DNA of 63,998 nucleotides, filler included, from Theionarchaea archaeon (GTDB taxonomy: Archaea > Methanobacteriota_B > Thermococci > Methanofastidiosales > SZ-28-30), in the NCBI GenBank assembly GCA_018992565.1. It is 7 parts of 7 records of this genome, joined end to end, with 100 filler letters (N's around TTAATTAATTAA, not from the genome) between each part and the next. Parts side by side here need not be neighbours in the genome. Positions count along the whole stretch, not along the records: positions 39,608 to 48,696 come from JACVGW010000094.1; positions 48,797 to 57,852 come from JACVGW010000095.1; 5 more parts are not named here. The stretch is one strand, 5' to 3'. Below are positions 41,559 through 52,382 of the stretch, piece by piece; position 1 is the stretch's first letter, and the number at the start of each line of letters is the position of its first letter. A model generated the notes under the pieces. The model was not told the origin of the DNA. It saw nothing but the letters and a program-made list of their open reading frames with translations, and did not search any database. Made by a program: the position numbers and the translations under genes.

Positions 41559-42488
41559 TCAACCCAGGATTACAAGCATGACGCCTGAAAATGAAAGAAA
41601 TGTTCCTGCCAGAACCTTAGGGGTAAGTTTTTCTCTTAAGAAAATTGCCGCTACGAAAACTGAGATCACGGGATAGACTGATGTTATAGGAGCCACTGTT
41701 GCAGATCCCACCATTCTAATTGCCTCCACAAATGCGTAGTTACTCACAATCAGTACCAGCCCTCCCGCAATACCAATCCACATGAGGGAGTTTTTGTCCC
41801 AGAAAAATCCACTGCGAGAGACAATAGCTGACAGAATAACTGACGACACAATGAACCGAAATCCTGCCACAGCTTCTGAAGGAAGAACCTTGGTGAGATA
41901 GTCCAGCATCACAATACTGATTGACCAGCATATAGCTGCAGAAAGAGCGATGACTGCCCCTTTGGTGTACAGGGAAGCATCTACGGACAGTTTTTGTTTG
42001 GGTTCTGAGATAAGTTTGATGGCAACAACAATGAAAACGGTCCCGAGAACCATCAGGAGGCTGGTCTCTTTCCCGTAGAAGAGCGCAGACCACGCCACCA
42101 CAAACAAGGGGTACGTGGAACTGATGGGAATGGTGCGGGCAACCCCGATGTCTTTCAGTGATCTGAGAAGAAGACAGTCTCCCAGGACCAGTGCAGTGAA
42201 TGCAGAAAGAATGAGCCAGACTGCAATGGATGTACTGACCCGGGCCAGAGATTCTGAAAGTGTCCCCTGGGTTACCATCAGTGCCAGGAATCCAAGAGAG
42301 GCTAGGGCTAGCCGCATGAGGTTTCCTGACCAAGGATCTGTGGTGTCCAGTCCCTTTCTATAGATTGGGCCACCAGCTGCCCAGCAGAATGCTGCCAGGA
42401 CTGCCAGGAGTTCTCCCTTGAGTTCAGGGTCCAGTACAGCTGCTGTCTGCAGTGCACTCAGTACGCTGTAGAGTGAATCCGCGATCAT
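41559..42488 (-). CDS. DMT/EamA family transporter
   Basis: About 10 TM segments in two repeats (ISSTYPLF / ITSVYPVI, FLREK). Start uncertain; TATA at about 42510-42518. Confidence 0.88.
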   Translation of the reverse strand: MIADSLYSVLSALQTAAVLDPELKGELLAVLAAFCWAAGGPIYRKGLDTTDPWSGNLMRLALASLGFLALMVTQGTLSESLARVSTSIAVWLILSAFTALVLGDCLLLRSLKDIGVARTIPISSTYPLFVVAWSALFYGKETSLLMVLGTVFIVVAIKLISEPKQKLSVDASLYTKGAVIALSAAICWSISIVMLDYLTKVLPSEAVAGFRFIVSSVILSAIVSRSGFFWDKNSLMWIGIAGGLVLIVSNYAFVEAIRMVGSATVAPITSVYPVISVFVAAIFLREKLTPKVLAGTFLSFSGVMLVILG

Positions 42489-42822
42489 CAGGTAAGGGAA
42501 ATCGCAGACTATATAAAACTTGTCCTCAGGGCCATTCATCAATTAAATCAAGGTTATTTTCAGAAGAATGAATTAATTGAGCTTTAAGGAAATTTCAATG
42601 CTGAGTTGCAGGGCTGAGGAGAAGGAGAACGGGAATAAGGGAATTCTCGCCTACAACTAGGTTGTTCACTGAGAACCGAGATACTATCTGGTGATAGTGG
42701 TGCATCAGTACATGTGCTTGGATCAGTGGAATTCCTGTCTCTGTGAACCTCTAGCTGGTATCCAATAAGTGATGTCTGACACACAGGCAGGAACCTGAGT
42801 TATAACAAAGGCAGTAAACAGC

Positions 42823-43176
42823 CTACAAGGTATACAATGTCTTTCTGATGTGTTCCAGATTCTTCTTGGCCTCCGGCGCCTGGGAAAAGAATGCTGTGAG
42901 TTTCTGGCACTCATATTCGTCACAGTATGCGCAGTTGATGATCCCCTTTTTCTGTCCGCACTTCCGTATCTCACATATAGTACAATATCGAAATACCTGC
43001 CCATTCTTGGAGATACATCCATCACAATTAATATCATGTGGTTTAATATCTGAATTATAGATGGAAGACCAGGTCTCAGCTACCTTGATTCGAGCTTCAT
43101 CATCATCTCTTTGGGTTGCCAGGAATGCAGGACATTCTGTGCATTTTAATCCACAAAAGGCAATGATTCTGTCCAT
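42823..43176 (-). CDS. DUF3795-like Cys-rich protein
   Basis: AFCGLKCTECP, CDGC, CEIRKC, CAYCDEYEC. Confidence 0.85.
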   Translation of the reverse strand: MDRIIAFCGLKCTECPAFLATQRDDDEARIKVAETWSSIYNSDIKPHDINCDGCISKNGQVFRYCTICEIRKCGQKKGIINCAYCDEYECQKLTAFFSQAPEAKKNLEHIRKTLYTL

Positions 43177-43325
43177 GTATAAATCACCTGCTATGGGCCA
43201 TATGGCTCATCCCTATTTAAATACTTTGGCCTTTGTCTCCCAATGTCCAATTAGCTGTAGATAAATCAAATATGCGTAAGAGTGGACTATGCAATAGGGT
43301 TTTGGGAGGGCTGGAGATCGTCAGA

Positions 43326-43505
43326 CTATTTTTTCTTGATGGAATAGGAGACAACGAAGAATACTATACTGCCGAGTATCACTGCTACAGCAATTTCTGT
43401 TGGAGTCTCCACGCCTTCTATTCCTACAAAGATGAGTAAGGCAGCAAATACTATGGCAAAGAGTACAGTTGCCATTGCTGTGGCCTTGATCATTTGTTCT
43501 TTCAT
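43326..43505 (-). CDS. Small two-TM membrane protein, 59 aa (MKEQMIKATAMATVLFAIVFAALLIFVGIEGVETPTEIAVAVILGSIVFFVVSYSIKKK)
   Basis: Translated by hand; GAGGT RBS; two hydrophobic helices and a basic C-terminus. Confidence 0.75.
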   Translation of the reverse strand: MKEQMIKATAMATVLFAIVFAALLIFVGIEGVETPTEIAVAVILGSIVFFVVSYSIKKK

Positions 43506-43829
43506 TCTCTAACCTCGAAAGGTATTGCTGAAGGTGGCTTAAAAGTGTTTCCGTCTCTCTGCCAGAGGTTCCTCCTGCGCTCGTGTTTCTGTGACTATGT
43601 GATGGTTGGTCAATTGTCCCAGGAAGAGCAATGCTTTCACACGTACTGTGGAGACGCCCTTTGACTGAGGCATACGTTGGAGGAGCAATCCAAGAGATGG
43701 CTTCCACAACGAACACACGACAGGCACAAGAGTTCTGAGGTCTCCCCCCCTGGTTATGCTGTCCTTCCTGGCATTTTGAACCGAAAATTATATATTTGTA
43801 GACTTTCTATATGTGTTCAAGGTGATAGT

Positions 43830-43934
43830 ATGGCAAAATGTGGACTCTGTGGAGCTACTCTGGATAAAGCCCCAACAATTACAGAGAAGGGAACATGCTC
43901 TGTTTGTGGTGCAAAACTGGCAATAAAGAAATAA
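43830..43934 (+). CDS. Zinc-finger microprotein, 34 aa (MAKCGLCGATLDKAPTITEKGTCSVCGAKLAIKK)
   Basis: AGGTGA RBS, TTATATAT upstream, two CxxCG motifs, poly-T after the stop. Confidence 0.8.
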   Translation: MAKCGLCGATLDKAPTITEKGTCSVCGAKLAIKK

Positions 43935-44041
43935 ATATTTGCTTTTTTTCTTTTTTTAAAATAGAACATGTCTTCTCAGATCTTCAGACCTCATGAAGCA
44001 CGTGAAACCAATAGGTAGACGGGTTGTCAGAACCATGGAGA

Positions 44042-45343
44042 TCACGTGTTATGCCTGATCATGCTGCTCGTCATGCTTTCTTTCCTTTTTGTATCTGTCA
44101 AGAAGCTCAACACGTACACCACAATTCCCAGCCCGATCCACGCCATACCCAGAAGGAGGGACATACTTTCAAGTGTGCTGCACAATACTGTACAGAATCC
44201 AAGGGAGAATCCTGGGACAATATACCCTTTAATACTCCTCGTAGTCTGGTGATTCAGTGCTGCTGCTGAAACACACCCGATAATCCAGGAAATAGTGGTA
44301 ACGAAAACAGTCATCTCTACAATGAGCAAAAAAAGTCCTGTTACAACCAGAATAATCTGTCCACTCACCGTGATCAGTATGGCAACACCTGGAGTCCCCC
44401 AGCGGGAAGTACTCCCAAGAGCAGATGGAAGCGCATCTCTTCCCATGGATTTGAGGAGCTGTGAACCAGTGAAAATCAGCCCGTTTAAGGTACTGGTTGT
44501 GGCAAATAAGCCTGCCACCCCAATGAGAAGCCCAGCATCACCAGTGATCCTGGAGGCAGCTTCAGCCAGTGGCGCAGAAGCTTCACTGAGGATAGTATGA
44601 TTGACTAACCCAGCCTGTACAAATACAACTGCAGAAAAAAGTACAGCACAGGTCACAATAGACAAGGTCATACTCAAGGGGACATCTTTCTGAGGATTCT
44701 GAAATTCCTGAGAAGCGCTTGGTATGGTAGACCATGCCCCATATGTGAGCGATGCCATGGCTGAGGCCCTCAAGAGTCCTTTCACACCATAGGGAAGAAA
44801 TGGACTGAGATTTTCCCCATCAATTCGGGGAACTCCTCCTGCAATAAATATGAGCAGACAGGCCAGAATAGAGAAGGTAGTCACCATCTGCGTCTTCCTG
44901 CTCAGATCTGCACCCAGGCAGTTGATGATCCCCAGTATCACAATGATTAGGATAGCTAAAACAGTATCAGAAATGGGCACACTCACATCCAACCCACGCA
45001 ACAACCATGAAAAGTAAAAGGCAAAACTTAACCCCACAATAGCAGGTCCCAACCCCTGTCCCCCCCATAATGACCAGCCTGCAATAAAGGATACAATATC
45101 ACTTTTCAAAACCTTCTTGGGATACGTATAGATGCCTCCACTACTCTGAGGAAACGCCTCAACCAACCGAGAAAAACACAAAGCAACACCCAGTGTTGCC
45201 AGCCCTGCAAATAAAAAAGAAAGAAAGGAAGAGGGACCTCCAGTCCCAATGATGACGCCACTCACCACAAAGATGGCAGCCCCAATCATGGAACCTGTCC
45301 CTAGCATCCATCCATCAAACCACGAAAGACCTGTTTTAGTCAT
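44042..45343 (-). CDS. APC family amino acid permease
   Basis: GSMIGAAIF, SGGIYTY, EFQNPQKDVP; about 12 TM segments. Confidence 0.9.
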   Translation of the reverse strand: MTKTGLSWFDGWMLGTGSMIGAAIFVVSGVIIGTGGPSSFLSFLFAGLATLGVALCFSRLVEAFPQSSGGIYTYPKKVLKSDIVSFIAGWSLWGGQGLGPAIVGLSFAFYFSWLLRGLDVSVPISDTVLAILIIVILGIINCLGADLSRKTQMVTTFSILACLLIFIAGGVPRIDGENLSPFLPYGVKGLLRASAMASLTYGAWSTIPSASQEFQNPQKDVPLSMTLSIVTCAVLFSAVVFVQAGLVNHTILSEASAPLAEAASRITGDAGLLIGVAGLFATTSTLNGLIFTGSQLLKSMGRDALPSALGSTSRWGTPGVAILITVSGQIILVVTGLFLLIVEMTVFVTTISWIIGCVSAAALNHQTTRSIKGYIVPGFSLGFCTVLCSTLESMSLLLGMAWIGLGIVVYVLSFLTDTKRKESMTSSMIRHNT

Positions 45344-45345
45344 TA

Positions 45346-46689
45346 CTATCTCCAGCTTACATCTGGTCTCTTGATCCAGGAAACTGCTCTCAATACTGCC
45401 AGAACCACAATCATTCCCACGAAATATGCACCCAGGACAAACAAAGGACCCTTATTAGCCACAATGGGTGAAATAATCATGAGCATGGGGACCATGGTAG
45501 GACTGGTAAAGAACATTTTCAGTCCAAATGCTTCTGCTGCTCCTGTTTCAAGTTCAGGGTCAGCTGATCTCAACAACAACATTGCAGACGCTGTTGATCC
45601 TGTTCCCTGTCCCCATTCTGACAAAGCCTTTTCAAACCATGCACCTGGCAGAACACGAGGAGCAAGCCACGTCATCTGCCACAGATTGAACACTGTTCCC
45701 AAGACCAACATCACGAGCAGGGGCAGAGCATAGACCACAACCAAAGAGGGTTTGATGCTGATGAGTGCTGTCACAATCAAGACATCCAGTGCTACAGATG
45801 AGAGCGCACTCACTGTTCCTCTGTCAACATATGTATCCAGGTTCGTCTTCTGCAAGAAGATCTGGACAACAATTCCACCAACAAGTACAAAGGGGAACAG
45901 TGGAATGTATCGCAGCTGGGGAAAGGTAGAAACCAGGACTGTCTGAACGACTTTTCCTCCCAGAATAGCAAGGGCCATGAACCCGAAACTGAAGCCTATA
46001 CTGCTGACAGCTTCCGGGTTCGTTATCTGAGAACCTATTGACTTTCGCTCTCCTGGGGGGACAAAGGTGTTTGAAACAAGTTTCTCACCTTTTTCATGGA
46101 ATTTCTTCTGCGTTAGGTTTTTCGCCACACCGATGTTGAGTATGATGAACCCGACGAGAATAGACAAGACCAGGCCTGTAATTGCACATGTCTCACCCAC
46201 AGCAGATGCTGCTTCAGATGACCAGCCTAACCCTTCATACATGGGGGCAAAGGCTGAAGGAACTCCCACACCGCCCTGGTAGCCTAGAATTAACTGCATA
46301 CCAAAGGTTGGGTGAAGTGCCATACCTGCTGCAGCAAAGAGCACCACCACAAGCATTCCCACAACAATCTGACCGAAATTGTTGAAGACAGCATACAGCG
46401 TCTGAGCACCTGCAGTCTCTCCCAGTTTCTTGAATGATGGTATTGTCCTCCCAATGAAAACACCGGCAAACACCACGTTTATCAGGGCGGCTGCATAATC
46501 TGCGTATTCCTGCGAGGTGGGTAGCACTCCCAGCACGTTGTGGCCCAGAACAAGGCCAATTACACCGGCTATTACTGACACAGGGATCACAAATCGCTGT
46601 AAAACTCGTACTTTGGCTCTAACGATTGCTCCGACAATAAGCAGCACAGTAACTATTGATATGTCAATCATTGTAGTTGCAAAATCCAT
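45346..46689 (-). CDS. Sodium/glutamate symporter (GltS/ESS family)-like protein
   Basis: LQRFVIPVSVIAG, GYQGGVG, WGQGTG, LLLRSADP. Confidence 0.82.
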   Translation of the reverse strand: MDFATTMIDISIVTVLLIVGAIVRAKVRVLQRFVIPVSVIAGVIGLVLGHNVLGVLPTSQEYADYAAALINVVFAGVFIGRTIPSFKKLGETAGAQTLYAVFNNFGQIVVGMLVVVLFAAAGMALHPTFGMQLILGYQGGVGVPSAFAPMYEGLGWSSEAASAVGETCAITGLVLSILVGFIILNIGVAKNLTQKKFHEKGEKLVSNTFVPPGERKSIGSQITNPEAVSSIGFSFGFMALAILGGKVVQTVLVSTFPQLRYIPLFPFVLVGGIVVQIFLQKTNLDTYVDRGTVSALSSVALDVLIVTALISIKPSLVVVYALPLLVMLVLGTVFNLWQMTWLAPRVLPGAWFEKALSEWGQGTGSTASAMLLLRSADPELETGAAEAFGLKMFFTSPTMVPMLMIISPIVANKGPLFVLGAYFVGMIVVLAVLRAVSWIKRPDVSWR

Positions 46690-47916
46690 TTAAGACACCT
46701 CCTTGAAGATTTTTCCCTCTTTCATCACAAACGGCACAGTCTTCAGAATCGATATGTCAGAAAGCGGGTCACCTCTAACCGCTATAATATCAGCACGTTT
46801 TCCCTTCTCAAGTACACCCACATCATTCTGTATTCCCAAACACTCACTTGCTGTCCTTGTGGCTGCTACAATTGCCTCCATTTCTGTCATTCCTGCCTTT
46901 ACCAACATTTCCAGTTCTTCTGCGTTCTCTCCATGCCTGTTCCCTGGAGACCCCGCATCTGTCCCAGCCGCAATTCTGATCCCCTTTTTCATAGCGTACT
47001 GGACACTCTTTATTGCATACCCCTGAGCTTCTCTGGTTTTCCGTACGTAGAAATCAGGGAGTCCTTCAATCTCATCTTCGTGCAGAATGGTCGCCTTGAG
47101 AGTTGGTACAAGAAATGCTCCTTTTTTTGCCATCAAATCTATGACATCTGGCTCTTTTATGAGGTATGTTCCATGTTCAATAGTGTCCACGCCCTGTTCC
47201 ACTGAGATTCTAGCACCTTCTGCACCATGACAGTGAGCTGCTGCCTTTTTGTGGAGCCTGTGGGCTTCTTCTACCGCTGCTCGAATCTCTTCAGCACTGT
47301 GGTAGGGCATCCCTGGATCTCCACCTGCAGACATGATACCGCCTGTCACCACCAGTTTTATGAGATCTGCACCGTATTTCAGCTGGATTCGGGCAGCTTT
47401 TCGGAATTCTTCAGGGCCGTCCACGATGACGCCCCCCAACCCCTCCTTATACTGAATGTCCTGCGCCAGCCACAAATCCGCGTGGCCTCCTGTGACAGTA
47501 ATGTTCTGGCCTGAAGCAACAATGCGTGGGCCTGCCACCACACCTTCCTGTATAGCGTTCTTGAGAGCAATATCCAGGTGAGATTTCTCTCCCATGACTC
47601 TGACTGTGGTAAATCCCGCCATAAGGTCGTTCTGGACATTTCGAAGAGACGTCAGCGTACGGTAGGCTGTGGACTGCTTCAGCACAATATCGTAGTAGTT
47701 GGGTTCTCCGTTGAAGCTGGTGTGCACATGGCAGTCCATTAATCCAGGGAGTACAGTGTATTCAGAAAGGTCAATAACAGTATCTGGATTGCCATGATTT
47801 CCGCCAACAGACGTAATCGTGTCCCCCTCAACAAGAATTGTACTATCTTTCAGGGGAGCTGCGCCAGTTCCGTCTATTATTGCTCCTGCTTTGATTAAGA
47901 TCATTTCTTTTTTCAT
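46690..47916 (-). CDS. Metal-dependent amidohydrolase (Xaa-Pro dipeptidase-like)
   Basis: LPGLMDCHVH, GGHAD, IKLVVTGG, AHCHG, IEHG, AGTDAG, GKRADI. Confidence 0.9.
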   Translation of the reverse strand: MKKEMILIKAGAIIDGTGAAPLKDSTILVEGDTITSVGGNHGNPDTVIDLSEYTVLPGLMDCHVHTSFNGEPNYYDIVLKQSTAYRTLTSLRNVQNDLMAGFTTVRVMGEKSHLDIALKNAIQEGVVAGPRIVASGQNITVTGGHADLWLAQDIQYKEGLGGVIVDGPEEFRKAARIQLKYGADLIKLVVTGGIMSAGGDPGMPYHSAEEIRAAVEEAHRLHKKAAAHCHGAEGARISVEQGVDTIEHGTYLIKEPDVIDLMAKKGAFLVPTLKATILHEDEIEGLPDFYVRKTREAQGYAIKSVQYAMKKGIRIAAGTDAGSPGNRHGENAEELEMLVKAGMTEMEAIVAATRTASECLGIQNDVGVLEKGKRADIIAVRGDPLSDISILKTVPFVMKEGKIFKEVS

Positions 47917-48013
47917 TTTTATCATCCCCCAACACGGACCTTTCATCGTGGCCCAAATGCAGGCGCCAGCTATTTAAGCCTTTGTTGACGTATGTTGTAA
48001 CAAGGTGACGAAA

Positions 48014-48550
48014 ATGTCTCAGAAAAGTAACACATGTAACACAACGTTTTATCAGAACGAAGATTTTGTTAATGAGCTGGTGAAAGACCCCAGAAGACCA
48101 CTCTCAGAAATGGCAAAGAGCCTTGGTACGTACCGGCAGAAAGTGTGGCGGAAAATAAAAGAGCTGGAAGAAAAGAGAGTTGTCTGGGGATATACTGCAG
48201 TCGTTGATGAAGAGAGGATGGGATGGAAATCATTCATTATTTTGATGAAAATGGAACCCATCTCTGAAAAGCAGGCACAGTTACTCATACGGAGAGTTCT
48301 GGAACAGGAGGCTGAGAAACTGAAAGCACGGGTGGTCGACAGTTTCTACATGAATGGGGCATATGATTGGATAATAATTTTCGCAGCAGACAGCTGGGCT
48401 ACAGCCAGGAAGTACTACGATTCCATAAGAAAAGAGTATAAAGCATTCTTGACTGAGAAACCTGAACTCATCGATATCGTATTCCCCATCACCAGATATG
48501 GCAAGATAAATCCTGATATGGAAAGGATAATGGAATTTGTGCCTCCGTGA
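48014..48550 (+). CDS. Lrp/AsnC family transcriptional regulator
   Basis: DPRRPLSEMAKSLG, VWRKIKELEE, GYTAVVD, GAYD. Confidence 0.9.
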   Translation: MSQKSNTCNTTFYQNEDFVNELVKDPRRPLSEMAKSLGTYRQKVWRKIKELEEKRVVWGYTAVVDEERMGWKSFIILMKMEPISEKQAQLLIRRVLEQEAEKLKARVVDSFYMNGAYDWIIIFAADSWATARKYYDSIRKEYKAFLTEKPELIDIVFPITRYGKINPDMERIMEFVPP

Positions 48551-48796
48551 TTACCAGTCACATGGAAGTTCATGGGAAGATTTATCTATATACCCGGGGC
48601 ATATTTCTGTCTTTTTACTGGGCAGTGCATGTAAATATGCTCAGAATCTCACTGATGAAATAGGAATTCCACACTATTTCGGATAATTAGACTTATNNNN
48701 NNNNNNNNNNNNNNNNNNNNNNNNNNNNNNNNNNNNNNNNTTAATTAATTAANNNNNNNNNNNNNNNNNNNNNNNNNNNNNNNNNNNNNNNNNNNN

Positions 48797-50224
48797 CTGA
48801 TTTGAACCTCTCAAGGGTTTAATGACAGCAGCATCCCCGTGAGTGTAGTACCCAATCTTTCCATTCAGGGGTTTGATAACAGTCGAACCTCTCACCTCAT
48901 GGTCATACTGCCTGATTACCCAGTCTCGCGAACAGATGTTTGGTGATGAGAGTAATTCCAGGAGGATATCACTGTAACTCTCGGGTGGTTCAAGTTCGGG
49001 GATCACAGGGATTATTTCCCTTACTGTGTACGGTCTCCTATATCGGGGAGATTTGGTGAGAAAATCAAGTTCCATTTCCAGAATGGTCTTTCCTCCATGA
49101 GTAAGTCTCAGTACCCGCTCTGGGATAACCCGTCCAATGACAGTGCAGGGGACATCCCATCCATCAAATATGCGCTTCACGTCATCCACATTTTCCGGAG
49201 GGACAGAGAGCATCATTCGTTCCTGTGATTCAGAGACCCAGATCTCCCACGATTCCATTCCTGTCTCTTTAAGGGGGACAGTGTCCAGTGTTACCTCTGC
49301 TCCATATCCTGCTGCAAAGGCCATCTCACCCACAGCACATGACAGCCCCCCTCCTCCCAGGTCTTTCATACCCGACAGGAGCTTTTTCTCATTGGCTTCC
49401 AGACATGCATGAATCAAGGGTTCCTTCAGAATGGGATCCCCCACCTGGACTGCACTGCGCGATTCATGTTCTGAATTCTCGTGGAGCTCTGCTGACGCAA
49501 AGGTCACCCCGTGAATACCATCTCTTCCCGTACGTCCTCCTGCCAGCACAAAATAGTCCCCAGGAGAACCCACTCTACTGTGAATGATGTCTTTCTTCTT
49601 GACAATGCCGATGCATCCCACATTGACAATGCAGTTGGACAGATACCCAGGATGAAAGAATACCTGCCCCGCCACAGTGGGAATACCCACTCTATTCCCG
49701 TAGTCCCTGATGCCGGCTACGACACCAGAAACCAAGAACTTGGGATGCTTCACACCCTTAGGTAGTCTTTCAGCATAATCCAGGGGACCAAAAAATAGTG
49801 GATCAATTAAAGCCACAGGCTGGGCTCCCATGCAGACCACGTCTCTCAGGATTCCTCCAATTCCCGTGGCTGCCCCTCCATAGGGTTCAATAGCAGAGGG
49901 GTGGTTGTGACTCTCGAATGCAATGACATACGCATGATCCTCATCAAAGGTGACGACCCCTGCATCCTCTTCTACCACCACCATGTTCTGGGGTGCCTCA
50001 ATTGTCAGCAACACATCTTTCAGAATGGGCATGGAGGTCTTGTAGCTGCAGTGTTCTGACCATGCCTGGCCCAGAGCCTGCAGTTCCACATCTGTGGGAT
50101 TTCTCTTCTTTTTCTCAAAGTACTCTCTGACCTGCTGCATCTCCTGCAGTTCCAGGCCAACACCTGTTGCCTGACTGATCTCCTGGAGTTCTTCCTCAGT
50201 AGAGGTTAGTAAAGGTACATCCAT
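48797..50224 (-). CDS. purL: Phosphoribosylformylglycinamidine synthase subunit PurL (3' truncated)
   Basis: [46 protein letters not shown]. Confidence 0.97.
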
Positions 50225-50225
50225 G

Positions 50226-50447
50226 TCATCCCTTCCTGATATCGTACGTGTGGATGACAGGGTTGGTCAGTAGGCTTGTACACATCTCCTGGACATTTTC
50301 TTCCTTATCCATCTCGATAGTGTACACCTTGGCAAGTTTGACGTTCTTCACTCCTGAAAATCCCAGCAAATTGAGCGCTTTCTTTACGTTCTCTCCCTCA
50401 GGATCGAAGACGCCCTCTTTTAACTCAACTTTGACTTCTGCTTTCAT
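50226..50447 (-). CDS. purS: PurS
   Basis: [17 protein letters not shown]. Confidence 0.95.
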   Translation of the reverse strand: MKAEVKVELKEGVFDPEGENVKKALNLLGFSGVKNVKLAKVYTIEMDKEENVQEMCTSLLTNPVIHTYDIRKG

Positions 50448-51330
50448 GAAGGGTCTCTCCCGTAATTTTAGTGTATAATTCCTGGTACAATTGACTTGTT
50501 TTTCCTACCATGTCTGGTGGCAGAGGCGGAATATCAGGTTCAGGAACTCCTCTCGCCCGAGCATCATACAGAGCCTTGTGATATCCTGTGCCTCTGTAGT
50601 ATTGACGCACGACTTCCTTACTCAACTCAACACACCTTCCCTCTTCGTAGGAACGACGATCCCAGAACCTGTCTTCATCTGCAGTTCCGTAGGTGTCTAC
50701 CACCATGATGTCCCTCTCACTATCGAGAGCAATCTCTTTCTTCCCATCCACATGGATCAATCCCCTTCTCACAACTTGATCATTAATATCTCTGTCAATC
50801 TTCAAAATAGTCTCCACAATCTCGTCATATTCATGGCTGGTCAACCCTGCAAGCTGCAGGGCTTCCTGTTTCTTGAGTGGTCTGTCAACCTTCTCAAGCT
50901 TCGTAGTCACTTCAATGAAAGGATCTGATAGTGGAATCCCATACTCCACCCGGGATAATCCAAGTGATGCAGGAGCAATATTACCAGCCTTAATTCTATC
51001 CAGCAGGGATCCTGCCACGTAGTAACGGACTATAAACTCTAAAGGTATCAGGTAATTCGTGTCAGACTGGGAAGGCGATTCAAGTATTCGTACTCTGGAA
51101 ACTCTCATTTTGTTGGGAGCTTCCATTTTCTTGAAATGAGTCTTTATCCCCATGGCATGTGCGCGCTGAAACCAGTATGCACTGGTGCAACACAAGGTCT
51201 CGCCTTTCCGAGGTATCAATGACGGAATAATCTTGTCAAAAACAGAGATCTTGTCGGTGAATTCAAACTCAAGCTCAGTGGGGGATACTTCGAAGACTTT
51301 CTTGACTTTCCCCACTTTCCATAGTTTCAT
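50425..51330 (-). CDS. purC: SAICAR synthase
   Basis: GKVK, TDKISVFD, IPLEFIVR, VDGKKE, GTADEDRFW. Confidence 0.95.
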   Translation of the reverse strand: MKLWKVGKVKKVFEVSPTELEFEFTDKISVFDKIIPSLIPRKGETLCCTSAYWFQRAHAMGIKTHFKKMEAPNKMRVSRVRILESPSQSDTNYLIPLEFIVRYYVAGSLLDRIKAGNIAPASLGLSRVEYGIPLSDPFIEVTTKLEKVDRPLKKQEALQLAGLTSHEYDEIVETILKIDRDINDQVVRRGLIHVDGKKEIALDSERDIMVVDTYGTADEDRFWDRRSYEEGRCVELSKEVVRQYYRGTGYHKALYDARARGVPEPDIPPLPPDMVGKTSQLYQELYTKITGETLHESRSQS

Positions 51331-51751
51331 GATTTTTCTTCGGTCACTGATTTATAAATGTTTTTGTACATTCTCATGCTTAACCGCTGTGGAATCAACA
51401 CAAATGTGTGTAAAAATCATATGAATATTTTTATGGGTTTGGTGATGTTTCATGGGTTCATGTATTTAAAGGTTTTAGAAAGGAAGCAGTATAACTAACC
51501 AATGTAGCTTACTAGAATGGTAAGCGATGTTCATAAGCACAGCTTTGCGTCTCGGCAGATTACGAGACTGGAGATGGACCTGGAATGACTGGCTACTGCC
51601 ATTATCAGCAAATTTGTACTTTTGCAGCCTTGGATACTTTAAATACCAGCGAGGAGCCTCATTTCTGTTCATTCTGACTCTTCTACATCAGAGAACGTCC
51701 TGTTATCCATTTCACGAACCATCACAAAGAGAACCTCTTCTGATATTACCT

Positions 51752-52372
51752 CTACTCATCTACGGCCTTTGAAATACTGAAAACATCAGCAGGATATCCC
51801 ATGGCTCTGCATTCAATCTCTTCTACTTTGTGTTTGTGCCCTGTTATCCATTCTAAAGAATACTCGAGCACACCCACCAAAATACCACAGACAGGAACCT
51901 GAGATGTGACTCCTTCACTCATGAAACAGGCTTCTTGAATCACCAGAAAGTAGTCATCGTTTTCCTGAACATCTACTGAGTCGTGATAGGACCGTTCATA
52001 CTCTTCTTTGTATCTATCCAGTATCAATCGCATTTTCCTTGTTTCCGGGACGAGACGCGCCGCCACCAGAAGTGCCTTCACGAGGTTCTGGTTATACTTC
52101 TCAATGTCAATCCTCACCGTCTCTCGACCCATCCGGAGCTGCAAACTGCGACTGCCTTTTTCCCCAAACAATTCCATGAGAGAGTCAAAGAACCCTCTAA
52201 AATCCTCTCTAGGGATCTGCAATTCGTAGTCAGGCGGAGGATAGTTGTCGATATACTTTTGTAGATTGCTGTGATTCAGGACAGATTTCAGTCCATTAAC
52301 GCCTAGAATGGACTCAGTTGACTCCAACCAGTTTCTCATTGCATAGTTGGAGACTTTTCTGGCTTCAGGCAT
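51752..52372 (-). CDS. V4R (4-vinyl reductase) domain protein
   Basis: ACFMSEG, PVCG, EEIECRAMG. Confidence 0.82.
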   Translation of the reverse strand: MPEARKVSNYAMRNWLESTESILGVNGLKSVLNHSNLQKYIDNYPPPDYELQIPREDFRGFFDSLMELFGEKGSRSLQLRMGRETVRIDIEKYNQNLVKALLVAARLVPETRKMRLILDRYKEEYERSYHDSVDVQENDDYFLVIQEACFMSEGVTSQVPVCGILVGVLEYSLEWITGHKHKVEEIECRAMGYPADVFSISKAVDE

Positions 52373-52382
52373 CTTCACTACC

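Noticed and set aside
51507..51568. Two 6-7 bp hairpins after a TTTAAA motif upstream of purC
   Set aside because: Stems are short enough to arise by chance and match no riboswitch I recognise.
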